DNA of 64,000 nt from Podarcis cretensis (lineage: Eukaryota). Below, piece by piece: positions 36,128 through 49,333 of this stretch (position 1 is the first letter of the stretch; each line of letters begins with the position of its first letter). Below the pieces are notes generated by a model that was not told where the DNA came from, made no database searches, and saw only the letters and a list, made by a program, of their open reading frames with translations. The DNA is taken from contig OX638151.1 of the NCBI GenBank assembly GCA_951804945.1, positions 87,048,001 to 87,112,000 on the forward strand. Reading direction: 5' to 3'. The position numbers and the translations under genes are program-made.

Positions 36128-38289
36128 TTAAATGTGAATTTTGCCTTCTTTTAATAATGTTTACTTTTGAAATGTTTAAGATAATATTTTAATTGCCTAT
36201 TAATTATGTTGCTTTGAACGTGTACTATATATTTGACTTTCTGGATTCTGGATATCTTTATTCTAGATTGTTTTATTTGATGTTTCAATGTGTTTATAAA
36301 CTGCTATGACTTTTTTTCTTAAAAACATAAAGTGGTATAGAAATGAAATAATAATAATATCAATAGATAAAGAAATAAATGCAAAACCATGTTGGTTTTC
36401 AATAGAGAGAGAAGGATGGGAGAAAGGGAGGGAGCATGCATTCTCAAGGCGGGTTCCTAAATGGCAAGGCTTGGTCTGTACTGGGTCTATGTCGGGTGGG
36501 TGTCAAACTACTATTACCCCGCTTCTTAAGCCTAACAAGCAAAAGAATATCACCACAGACTGACTGCAAAATTCTCCATAGTTGAGGAGGATGGTTTCAT
36601 GGCAACTCAAGAGGGGTTTAATTCCTTTTTGAATTAAGTGTTTGGTTGTTGTTTTTTTTAACCCAACAACAACATGACTTCTTTGGATTTCTCCTCCTAG
36701 GCCCTTTGAGGAACAAATGCATTTTCCCTAGCACACTGGGAAACCTTTATGTCCCTATGGGACTGCAGCATAGGTGGTCAATACCTCCAGTGGTACTGAA
36801 GAGCAAATGGCCAGATAATTTATTCCATCAGTTTCTAGCCTATCAGGAGAAAAGGACGAAACACCAGCCACTTCTAATTTGGTTAAAAAACAAAACAAAA
36901 AAGCACTGGTAGCTAAATTTAGAATTCCCTAATTACAAGCACCCCCCCCCCCCCGCCACTCCAATGGTGTTTTAAAAGGCTAGTAATCTCAGGAGGTCTA
37001 ATAACTATGCTGGAAACAGGGTTTTTTTAAATCAATAAGCTGCCTGCAGCAATAAGACAAGGACTAAACTGAATAGGATACTCTGGTTTCCCTTTTCAAG
37101 TCTTTCATTAAGGTGCAATAAGTGGAGAGTCAACACACTTTAAGAGTTAAACAAGATACGCCAAGAGCTTTCTCCAATGTTTTAAGCATTATAAATTGAA
37201 GAAATTCCCTCCCCCCCTTTATATACCCCTCCTAACCTTCTGTACCAGCAAGAGGGCTGGTTCCTAAGCGACCACTAGCTGTTGAATGAAAAGGTCACAT
37301 TCTATTGCACATTCCACCCTCAGCAGCCAGAAAGCCTGCAATCAAACGTTATGATTCATAATCTGCTCAGAGAGATAATTAATTAGGGTGCACATACCAC
37401 AAAAAAATCAGGGAAATGGGTGTTAAGTGAGCAACAGCATTCTAAATTCCATCTTACAGATAATAGCAATCTTGTAAATTGGAGGACATGTAAAAAGCCA
37501 GTCCTTCTACGGGCCAATTAGCCACGCACAGAACTCCATGGAGTTCAACAGAGCCTTGCCCCTCTTCCCCCACTCCATCACCACCATTAGTGTGCATGCA
37601 GGCATTGTGCCAGGCCATTATGGGAAATGGGTGGCCTGTGGTTGCCTCCCATATTCCACTTCAGCATTTCTTCTGTGCACAATGAATACAGCTGGTTAGA
37701 TTGCATATTGTTATTACTTCCTGTAATATCATTCTGATGGTAGGTCCAGGTGGCAGAAGTCACACAGTAGCCACTCTAAAGTCTGCCTCATAGCACATGT
37801 TATTGCCGTGGAGTCCATCTCGAGTCTGAGTTCACTCTGAAGCTGCTACTTTAATTACATATACCTGTTTCTTCTAATGCTTATGTGCTCTCTGGTTTGC
37901 CACACTGTCTAGAACAGACTTCCTCAACCTGGTGCCCTTCAGGTGTTTTAGACTACAGTTCCCACCCGTCCCCATCAACACATGTGGTGTGCACAAGGTT
38001 GCAGAAGGTCAGTCTAGAATGCCAGCTGTTCTAAAATGGGTACGCAATTGTTTGGTTGTTTGAACTATTTTCTTCCCCTTTCTGAAGCAGAGGAAGAGCA
38101 GACTTTTCTAACAGCTATTATACTAATGGATTAATTAATATTATGTATTTTTTATTATAAATACAATAATAATAAACACAGCTTTCATTCTGCAGGACTA
38201 GAAATATATTTTTATCTACCACTGCACATATCCTTTACCTTAATTTCAACCTGGCTTAACTGTGTGAAGCTGTTTTGTATGCTAATTCA

Positions 38290-38570
38290 TGATTTCAGAG
38301 GTACTTTGGTTCCTACAGAAATTTTTCAAATTATTTAATAGTTTGATAACAGAATTCTCCATTGATTTAGAAAGATGGGCATTACTCAGGTTTTGTATTG
38401 GGGGTAAAGTTAATACACCTAAGATGAAAATCTTGCCATCAATAATATATGTGCTGCATGGTATTTCTTTATATACTCCCCAAGCATATTTTGCAAACAT
38501 CAATGTGCTGTCTTGTTTGGGGGGCAATTATCCACTTCAACAATCCCTTAAAAGAATGCAGTTACCTATA
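38290..38570 (+). pseudogene. Old L1 ORF2 fragment (post-RT region)
   Basis: DLERWALLRFCIGGKVNTPKMKILPSIIYVLHGISLYTPQAYF matches the L1 motif DLxRWxxLxLSxxGRIxxIKMxILPxxxYxF. Confidence 0.7.
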
Positions 38571-41500
38571 CTGGAATAAAGATTTCATTTTCCAGACATT
38601 CGTCTACAACACATATCTTTTAGCACATACAAATGATTGGCAAGTCTCTTTTCCTATGAATACGTCCACAGGGCAGTTTTAGAAATGGCTTACTTAACAC
38701 CCCTTTTTGGATGGAAGGTGTTGTGGCCTAGGTATGTAAAATGGGAATGCCCTGCACCACCTTCCACTGCCATCAACAGAGAGGTGGTATGTATTGTCTC
38801 CTCAGTTACAATTTGACCCATATGCTAGGAGCCAGGACTGGTTTTACCCAAAGCACGTGGATGGACAGAGTTGGTTCAGATCAGCTCCCTCCAGCTCACC
38901 TACTCAGGTCTCAGTAATACATACATATATTATGTATGGTGTTTTTTTTAAAAGAGTTTTGCTGTTTTTAGCCATGCTTTATTGATAATTATCATATGTA
39001 TACTTGTTTTTAAAAAACAGTTTTGCTGATTTTTATTTGTGTTTAATTGATAGTTTTATCATGCATACCACTTGGGAGAGTTTTCTAATTAAGCAGTCTA
39101 TACATTTTTCTAAATGAAAACAAATGTAAGCAAGAATTGCCAGAGCCTGCAGCTGATGGATGAAACAGGACCACTTCCTTGGGGTAGGCAGGGAGGAGAA
39201 GAGCTATAAAACCTTGACCTGACTACAGCCCTTTAAAACCTCCATTTGGCTCCAGATCTTTCATGGAGTATAGTTTTATGTTCCCGAAATGTCTGTATTC
39301 AGCTATTATTCTTTCCAGCTCCCTGGGAGCTGTCTGTGGTACCACTCCCCTGCCTGAGTTCTTTCTCAAGCCCTCTCCTCCCTGCACTAGGAGCAAGATA
39401 GGCACCTAGAAGCTCTAATGAACTGGCTTGGAGGCCTAAACTAGATGTGAATATAGATGGAAGCAGTGAGGGGGTGGGGGAAAGGAGGGAGTTAAAAGCT
39501 TTCCTCAATGCTGAAGCCCTAATCCAGCTGCTGCTAGGAAAACAGGGTGCCTTAATGTCTCCCCCTTCACAGCTGGATCTGCTTAAAGCAACAGCAGCAG
39601 CAACAAAAGAAAATTAAGAAAACAGTGATGCACATCTAGTTTGGCAATGGATCAGAAACCCAGTATTTGGCAGTTTCTGAACTCTGCCATACTTCTTCCA
39701 CTTTGTTGTCACCTAGCTGTTCAGCACCCACTGATGCACATCTGCCCTGGTTAAAGGTTCAACCTGAACAACCACTAATGTTAGCTTTGATACAAGACCA
39801 GCCATTGGCATACATATGAGAGTCTCAATAAGAAAGAAACGGTGTTGCATGAGAAGAAAAGATAGGGGAGATCAAGACACTCACATTTCCAATTGTCTGT
39901 TTCTTTTGATACTGGTTTTTGGCTTGCAACAATTCCTGACTGTTATTTTTGGAAATCTCTACTGGTATAGAGAGAAACAACACAATATGCATCCTTCCTA
40001 ACAGTGTGGCACTTCACAGTTTCACGAGAAGGCAGCAATCATGATCACACTCTGCACGGCAGAACATGTTATATTCTCCTGAAATTCTGTTCATTGCTGT
40101 ATGCAATTACACCTCATTGCATGCTATGTTGTTGTGTAACTAGCAGCTGCAGTGTTGGGATTCCCCAGGCATGGAGATGAATGTTGGTTCTCTCTCAACA
40201 AACTGGGAAAGATAATTATATGACTCAACCTGGAGGCCACTAGTTCATTGCAAGTTTCTGAATTTTATGCTTGGCAGCTTGGGATAGCACCAAGTACACT
40301 CCATGAAATACCTCTGCCAAAAATCAGAAAACTAAAAAGCTTCTTAATCAAATTGTTAGTCTGGCTCCATGCACCTAAGTGGGAAAGCTGCCATTCATTT
40401 GAAATAAAAGGTGGCATCCAAAAGGGCATGTACACACATTATTATTTTTCTAGAGTTACCTCTGCAGTCTTTCTCTCTCTCTCTCACCCCCCCCCCCACA
40501 AAACTGCTCTTTGAACTGAGATCAAAAAGTAGTTTGGTGATTAGGTGCAAGAACTTTTCAAAGAAAAGTCAGTACAAACACACCAATTCCCTTCTTTGAA
40601 AGACTCTCACACCTAATTGGTGGAGTTCAAAGTGCACCTTGGATACACTTTGGAGGGCATCTTCTGCACAGATAGTTCCCACAACACAGCAGTTGTAGGC
40701 ATTGATCATGCATTCATCGCTCCAGATTGGAAAAAATAAAGCCTATACTTTTGCACCTACAAACAATTTTTGAAAATGCAAGACTACAGCATATAAAACC
40801 AGAGTACCTAACACATGTGCAAAAACATAGCTTTGAGCCATAAGAACAAACCTCATCATAAAAGCAATGGTTTTGTGCAGTCTACTTTAGTTTCCTAAAG
40901 GTTATGAGCCATTTGGTGTCTCCTCTGGAGTTCAATCTGTCTCCCTCTAAGGTTATTGTACACAGGACATATCCATAAGTATTGTTCGGATCTTCTGCTG
41001 AGAACTAGGCGCTAATGAATGTTTTGCCCACTTGGCCATTAGTACAGCTGTTCCTATTTGCATAAAACATACACTTGAGGATACTTTCCTATGGCTGGAC
41101 AGCTGCACATTAGCTGCTGTTCAAATCCAAATCTATATTTATTTTTTTTTTACAGGCAGGAACCATACTATTAGGGGTGGTTGAGTTCCCCCTGGCTCAC
41201 TTGGCAAATTGATTTGGTTTTTCTGAGCTTCCTCAGAAAATTATTATTTAAAATCTCAGTTTTTTCTGTGGTTTCCCATTGAAATCTCAGGGAAACCAAG
41301 TGTAGGGTTCAACTTCAGCTTTCCGTGTTAGCCATCCTCAGTAAACTTACCTTTGTAAATAGAGTGGTGGTGGGAGGGATTTGCTGGAGATAGGAGGGGA
41401 CTGACAGGACTCATCCTTAATGTCCAGATGCTCCTGAATGTCAATTTCCAATGCCTGGGGGTTCCACCTGACACTCTCCAGATGCTGATGCATTGCAACT

Positions 41501-41777
41501 CCCATCAGCCATGGCAAGCATGGCCAATGTCCAGGGGTGATGGGAGCTGTAGTTCAGCAATATCTGAAAGACCACCTGTCCCCCACATGTTCCCTATGCC
41601 ATTCAGCTGAATGTATTGAACTAAGTGCCATAGAAAATGACAAGTTCCAGAGACTCTGGCTGGAAATCTCTAGGACAATCCTTTAGAATGAAGGGCACAA
41701 TGCTTTATCTGTCTACAACAAGCGCTTTCCATCACTAGCTCCCTCCCCAAATATAGGCAACCCTATACTTTAAAAAA

Positions 41778-42143
41778 GGGACGCAGGTGGCGCTGTGGGT
41801 TAAAGCCTCAGCGCCTAGGGCTTGCCGATCGAAAGGTCGGCGGTTCGAATCCCTGCGGTGGGGTGCGCTCCCGCTGCTCGGTCCCAGCGCCTGCCAACCT
41901 AGCAGTTCGAAAGCACCTCCGGGTGCAAGTAGATAAATAGGGACCGCTTACCAGCGGGAAGGTAAACGGCGTTTCCGTGTGCGGCTCTGGCTCTGGCCAG
42001 AGCAGCGATGTCACGCTGGCCACGTGACCCGGAAGTGTCTCCGGACAGCGCTGGCCCCTGGCCTCTTAAGTGAGATGGGCGCACAACCCCAGAGTCTGTC
42101 AAGACTGGCCCGTACGGGCAGGGGTACCTTTACCTTTACCTTT
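41778..42143 (+). mobile_element. Sauria SINE, full length (young subfamily)
   Basis: CpGs intact. TSD TATACTTTAAAAAA at 41764-41777 and 42144-42157. Confidence 0.96.
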
Positions 42144-42685
42144 TATACTTTAAAAAATGGGCTGCTATCAAAACCATATTATTTGCTTACAGGTGAGAGA
42201 GCAGGTAGTTTAGGTCTATTCTCCTTGTTTTCATCCTTCCTCTTCCTCCTCTCTCCTAATTCTACAGCAGCAGCCTTGAAATTGGATGTGGCAAAAGTAG
42301 GGAGCAGGAATCACAGCTGCAAAATCATTCACCACTTAAGAGTCACCTCACTTGTCTCTTGCCATATGTGTAGTGCTCCACATGCAGATCTGGCAGGCTC
42401 AAGTGGAAGACTGGAAAGGGAGCAGCATACAAGTGCCTTAGTGGTACTCCTCCTCAGTGTCTCAATGCTCAACATTCAGGGCAGGCAGAGTGTACACGCT
42501 CCAGCTCAAGGCCACCTCCATCTTACATTTATCTCATAGCCAAACTAAACGGGATGCAGAAATTGCATGTATACATTTCATTACGTCTTCTTTTTTTCAA
42601 AGCAGTTGCAGAGTTGGCGATTCAGATCAGGGGCATAGTACTAGACCACAAGATTTCAGACTGTCATGGGTTTCCATTCTCTATA

Positions 42686-42893
42686 CAGTCAAACCTCGGT
42701 TGTTGAATGTAATCCATTCCGGAAGCCCGTTTGGCTTCCAAAATGATCAACAACCAAGGAGCGGCTTCTGATTGGTTGCAGGATTTTCCTGCACTCAAGC
42801 GGAAGCCACGTCAGATGTTCAACTTCCGGGTTTTTGGCATTTGGGAGCCAAAACGTTCCAAAACAGAGGCGTTCAGGATCTGAGCTTTGATTG
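42686..42893. mobile_element. Tigger-like MITE
   Basis: TA flanks and imperfect TIRs CAGTCAAACCTCGG / CTGAGCTTTGATTG. Confidence 0.7.
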
Positions 42894-45800
42894 TATTAAG
42901 ACATCAAGTAGACCATGAGGTTTCAGATTGCAACAGTAAGTCACTCCAAGTAAAACAGAATAAAACAAAAAACCCTGAAAGCTGAGGGTATGGCTTGCAA
43001 AAATAACTCAAAGACAAGGGCACAGCTTCCAATATTCACTCTTGATTTGGAACAAAAGAAAAGGAAGGGAACAGTATTAAGAACTCAAAATGCCCTATAT
43101 GGTTGTTGAGATAGTTTTAATTTTTAAACAGTAAGTGCAAGGACTACCATCTTGTTATCTTAAAATCTTACCATGTAGTCCCAACTCTAAGGGTGTGACT
43201 GAAGTTACTTGGGGGGGGGGCAGGACCAAAGCCCAGTGATAGAACCAATGATGTGTTTTTTTTCTGGCAAGTGCTGAATTGCATAAGAAATTTTTGCATG
43301 AGAAAAAGTTCTGATTCCCTAGAAAGTGACCTAATTTAGCATGTTTATTTTACTTGGACTGAGTAAACAAAGCTACAAACTTTGAAGCTGCGTAATGTTT
43401 ATTTGCAGTTGGCTTCCATCCATCCGTTCATTGATAGTAATAAACTTATGAAATGGGGGTGGGGGGAGAATCCACAGCAAAATAAAAGCACTGTGAAATC
43501 TTCTGCCCCATGTTGCTGGATAGAACACATTCCTTACAAGCATCTACATAGTGTAGTGGGGCTAAGACCTATATTTGTCTGGGTTTCTGCAGAGTAAATG
43601 CCTGGAGCTAGACAGATTAATGGTCTGACTCAGTATAAGACTGCTTTATGTGTGCTTTGTGGTGAGAACATTTAAAGACAGTTTTTAACATTTCACACGG
43701 CACAAGCTGAACTCTACCACTGAATATCAATTTTTTTGGGGGGGAGGAACCTTGACGAGGCCTTGTTTAATTGAAGCCCCGTGGCTGACCCTCATTTATC
43801 CTGGAACTGAAATGTTGACAGAAAGGGCTGAAAACTGGTCTAATTAACCTGGACGAACCTTCACAAGGGGGTTTGTCAGCTCTTCCTGCCAACAGCTCCT
43901 TTTCAAGAGGCCCACCTTCTATGAAAAGCACTGCAGCAGATGCATTTCAAGTAATCAGTTTGGTCTACAGATGAGCATCATCCCTAAAGTGGCTGGCATT
44001 ACCCTATATGCCACCACTGGTCTCTAACAGGAGCTCCAGCAATTAAAATGCAATGCATGCACAGCTGTAGAGTTTGTTCTAATATCACTTACTTCTAAAA
44101 TAAGCTCAAAATTACATTAGTTTGGACAGGTTTCCTAGGTACACAAGACAATCAGTGTAACCTAGATAAAGCTACACAGTTCACATAACAATTCTTCCGA
44201 TCCATTTCCACAGAAGGGGCTTTGCTTCAAAAAGTTTCCCACTGTTTTATTAGTAAAAGAAAAACAGCTTGCTGTTTCTACTCTACAAATTCCATGAGAA
44301 TTATAAACCCAATTGATGTAAACAAAACACGCCAATGCATATTTTTAAATGAAATATGCATATTGGGATGGTGTTCAGTGCGGGTAGCGCTTATTAAAAA
44401 ACACCTCTCTCAGCAAGGACAACAACAGGTATCTAAAGAGAAAAGCAAACCTTTTGTTCTGGTGGGGCTGTTACACATTTTACAAGATGCTAATAAAAAG
44501 AAGTGGTTCTTCATTCCTACTCAACATGTATTATTTACTTTCCTAGGTACAGATTATTTTTTTACACCACACATTAATAATAAGTTTTCAGGGCATTGTA
44601 CAGACAACTATAACATATAAAAATGTCACAGGAACACATTTTGAAAAAAAGTTAAAACAGCATCAGAATAAAAGCAGAACAAAACCAGGTACAGAGAGAA
44701 CAATGATGGCCAAGTTCTAAAAAGCACTAAAACATTTTTCTAAGCCTATTAAAATGAAAGGTTCTTCAGCTGGTACCAGGCAAGCCTCTCTGAAATTTCA
44801 AGGCCATGGTCTGGGGTTCTCCTGTTCACTGTTTACTGCTGAATGGAAGAGATATTAACACACAGAAAACATTTGTTCCGATTTAGCAGTAACCTGGAGG
44901 TTTTCCCAGGGAAAGTGGTAGGCAAAAGAAAAACCTCTTGGACATGTGACTGGAAGTGTGGGTGAGCCCTGAGTTTTCCATCATATCTCTCACTGGCACA
45001 GATTTCAACAGGCCACAAACCACTTGGGAAACAACACAGAGAAATAATTTTCTTTGCCACTATCATCACCACAGGATACTGTAGACCTGGAGATTAATTC
45101 CAACCTGTTCAGACTCAGCACGAGTCTTCCTCTGTGTTCTAGCCATCACCCCTCCTGTTTCTTTGCCACCAACTCAGGTGTATACCAAGGAGCTGCCTAG
45201 GCTCTGCTCAGAGGGAAAATGCGGTTGGGAACAATAATGTCAACTGCCCAAGTCATCTCCACATTATACAGAGCGACCAGCCACACCAGCGGGAAAATTC
45301 TCTAGAGTTCTCCAGAATACATCAGAATCCATTAGCCTCCAGGGGTCTGACCATTTTAATAGGTCCCCTGTTGTAAAATTCAAATGCAGAAAGGAATCTC
45401 ACTTGGCTTCCCATGGTTTTTGACTTTTTGCCCTTTTTGTTCTTTTCTTCTCCAATATCTACATCCCCTTACAAAAGTGATTTGCAAGCCAATTTGGGAA
45501 AACTAGCTCTCCTTCTCTCTCCTCTTCTTTCCCTGCATGAAGCAAACAGGGCTACCAATGTTTCTCACTCACTCACAAAGGCAGGCCTCACACAGGTCCA
45601 ATTACAAAACAAGATTTATATGTTCTTTTCTCTTCAGCATACTCTGCTGGATGTGAAATTAGGGAGGTGTTTCACAGAAGCAGCAGGATATTCTAAGGCT
45701 TGGCCTGTGAAACCATGCAATGTGTACGAACACACACACACACACTCGGGCAATATTCAGAAAGTATGTTTGCTCATTTTCTGAGAACAGTTCTGTGTTT

Positions 45801-47689
45801 GTTAAAAGGCTTAGGATGAAACGACACTATTGAGATCTCCACCCCAGAAAGAAATTAACACATTCCAAAGCTCTTTCATAGTAGGCAGGATGCAATTGTT
45901 TTACTTTGCAAAGCCCAACATTTGTGCTCATCATTTTTATCCCAATGTCTCAGGGAAGTTAACGATGATACTGTGGTGGCTACTTTGAATGCATGTTAAT
46001 GTGCAGCTCTTGCTCATGGCCTTGGTGCACCGAAAGAATGGTGTTCTCATTAGATTAGAAATTGCAGGTCAAGACAACTTTGCATAAGTAGGGTTAAAGC
46101 ACTTTATGTATTTGTTGGCCCAAATCAATGTGTCCAACTGAGTTTGTAAGGATATCTGGATCCAGGCTAGAACATGAAATAATGTGATAGGAAAAGGGTG
46201 TGTGTTTTAAAGCTACACACTATGCAGGAGACCCACAGCTGGGTGCCTTAATATATTTATTTTCATTTCAAAGTAGTCACTGGGGGAAGGGAGGGTTTGG
46301 GCTGGAGCAGCAGCACTGGAGTGTTTATCCTGTACCATTTCCCCAGTCTCTCTCTCTCTCACTCTCTCTCTCACACACACTTCCTGTGGCCTCACTAGTA
46401 TCATTCCATCGTAAGCCTTGCAATGATACATCTGGGTATAGGGAAAAACGAAAAAGTTTTGCCTCTCATCCGCTCCCAAGCCACACCCCCCAGCTCACCT
46501 GCGATTGGCCAGATCCACAGGCAAGCCCCAGAAGCCTCTGCAGTCATTAGAGGAGGAAATGGCATCCTCTCCCGATCATGCAAGAGCTGGCAGACTGCCC
46601 CCAGCACCGCCATGGGCCACAACCGCTGCTTCCCACTCAGAAGGTAAGCGGTCCTTATTCCTCCCCCTCCCCTTATTTACCCAGATGAATGGTTTTTTCT
46701 TTCATGCTGCCATCAATATTTCTGGTGCTTCTCATTATGGTGTGGTACAGTGTCAGTTTTCATCTATCAATAAATCATGGTTAATGTCTTTTTAAGGTGA
46801 AGGTGCGTATTAGTACAAGCTGCCTGACCATTCCCCCTGATCTTTTATCCTTTGGTGCCAGCAGGAGCAGCAAGCCATGAAGGCCAAACTGAGCCTGTGG
46901 TTTGTTTCTCACTAAAAAAAAACCCCAACTATGATCAACATGCCAACAGCAAATCATGGCTTCACAATGGGTAGCAATGGTGGTCTGTTAGAGAGAGGAA
47001 AAACCACAGTCCTGGATTGGACATAACAAGTCAAGGCTTCATGGCTTGTGCCAAAGAAGGACTAAGGTAGGAGTTAGCATGCTGTTCAATCCTGATTAAC
47101 CATAAGACATGGCTTAGTTGAAACTTAAACATACAGGGTAGTTTTTCTTATTTTCTGAGCATGTGTGAAACCAGCACCAAGAAACTGTAACAACCAAGTT
47201 TCATCAGTCAAACAGATATTTCACCTGGCATCCAATATTAAAGAAGGGGCAAAGATAAGCATATGCAGGCTAGTTATAGGGTATCATTCCAAATATAGTT
47301 CCAATAAACATTTATAGCCTGCAGTATTATACATAATGAAGTTGAACTTGAAGACTTGTCTTTGAATACAGTTTCTCCAGCCACTCAAAATTCCATTAAT
47401 AGTTGCAATTAAAGCCAGCAGCATCTGCAATGCATGTCTCTGAAAAGCACTTTTGAGCAGGTGTTCATGTGAAGCAATTACTACGTGAAATGTTTTAATT
47501 GCCTGGAACATGCAAGTTGTTAAATTTTGTTTGGTTCTTGTTTCTCATGTGCACATGAGGGCATAAAGGACTTCCTATCGTTCTAAAACACAGAACGATA
47601 GGAACTCCTTTCTCAAAAGTCTGCACTGTGAGACTCCCAGAACTTCAGAAGCATAACTGTTATTTCACAGGCACAGATTAGGCATTAGG

Positions 47690-47775
47690 ATAACAAAGAG
47701 TCCTCTCACACCTTAAAGACTAACAAATTTATTATGCCATTAAATATCTGTGGACTAGAGTAGATTTCATCTGCT
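47690..47775 (-). mobile_element. Penelope-like pLTR relic with degenerate hammerhead
   Basis: AACAAAGAGTC...CACCTTAAAGACTAACAAATTTATTATGCCAT...GTGGACTAGAGTAGATTTCATCTG is the reverse of the family. Confidence 0.7.
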
Positions 47776-48956
47776 ATATTACACATAATTAAAGACATAT
47801 TATAGGTGCATTAGTCACACATATGCTAAGTGTCAGAATGTTGAATGAGCATGCTTCTTTTATGAACTTACATAAACATGCATTATATATATATATGTTA
47901 AGTAATTATTACCCAATACTAAGTAAATCTCAAATCCTGCAAGATACCCCTTTGGGTCTCTTCTCACAATGTCTTTGTGTGCACAAAGGTCAAATGGGAA
48001 GCTCTGGCCAGTGCTCCCACACCAATATCAGGCTTAAGTGGGGCCATAGAGGCCTGGGTAGGAGCTGTCACATAGTTTCCTCTTGTCTCTCCTGGTAATT
48101 CTGGTAATAGCTTTGTGTGCATTGCAGTGGTATACATGTTATAAAGATAGTGTATGAAGGGAGCCCACTCAAAGTATCGCCTTAATATAGCAGATAACCA
48201 CAACATCACATTATTTCGGTTCTCTACCACACCCACACTCTAATAACACAGGTACTGCAATGATAATACTATATGTGATGGGGCTCTGACAGATAATGGG
48301 CATCTAAGGTATCATTGTAATGAGATACGACTAAAGAGTAGTGCTGTGATTGTCCTTCTTTTCTGAAGTGGAAATATCAGCAATATAACTCACTTTTCCT
48401 GCTTCTATGCTCTGCCATTGTGCAAATATTTCATTTATGTGACACACACACATACACACACACACACACCAGGTAGGAGGGAGAAATCCAGTTCAGTTTT
48501 CATATAAAGACAAACTTACTGAATTTGCACCTTCTGAAACAATACGTCAACAAAACACAGTCATCCTTCAAAACTCTCACTTCTCTGAATTTCTCCAGCC
48601 AAGAGATGTGTACAAAAAGGCATATGCAAGGGTAAAGTGCAATATAGATGCATATATTAGTGAAAATAACTTACAAGAATGCATCATATTAGGGGAAATT
48701 GATTTGCAAAAATGCACATATCAGGAGAAATTTGTAAGAATGTTGATGAATTTTCATGAATGCTTAAAAAAAATCACACATAAACATAGTTCTTTGAAAG
48801 TTGTGGCTTCTCTTTCAACACTGCTAGAGCAAAAAATAAAATAAAATAAATGCTCTACCGCTTTTCGAAGCCGCCAAAAAGAATATGGCTTATCCTCTTC
48901 AGCAATATTAATCTCCATTCATTACGTTGTGCTAGGATGTCTTGCAAGTTGTGTTA

Positions 48957-49333
48957 AAGGTAAAGGTAAAGGTACCCCTGCCCGTACGGGCCAGTCTTGA
49001 CAGACTCTGGGGTTGTGCGCCCATCTCACTTAAGAGGCCAGGGGCCAGCGCTGTCCGGAGACACTTCTGGATCACGTGGCCAGCGTGACATCGCTGCTCT
49101 GGCCAGAGCCAGAGCCAGAGCCAGAGCCGCACACGGAAACGCCGTTTACCTTCCCGCTGGTAAGCGGTCCCTATTTATCTACTTGCACCCGGAGGTGCTT
49201 TCGAACTGCTGGGTTGGCAGGCGCTGGGACCGAGCAGCGGAAGCGCACCCCGCCGCAGGGATTCGAACCGCCGACCTTTCGATCGGCAAGCCCTAGGCGC
49301 TGAGGCTTTAACCCACAGCGCCACCTGCGTCCC
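48957..49333 (-). mobile_element. Sauria SINE, full length (young subfamily, expanded CCAGAG hexamer)
   Basis: TSD TGCAAGTTGTGTTA at 48943-48956 and 49334-49347. Confidence 0.96.

Noticed and set aside
41778-41855. tRNA-like A and B boxes, and CTCF-like GCAGGTGGCGCTG in SINE heads
   Set aside because: These are SINE promoters, not tRNA genes. The CTCF match lacks the 5' CC positions.
41979-42539. 186-aa ORF and the recurring MASVTSLLWPEPEP ORFs
   Set aside because: These are chance frames through GC-rich Sauria SINE copies.
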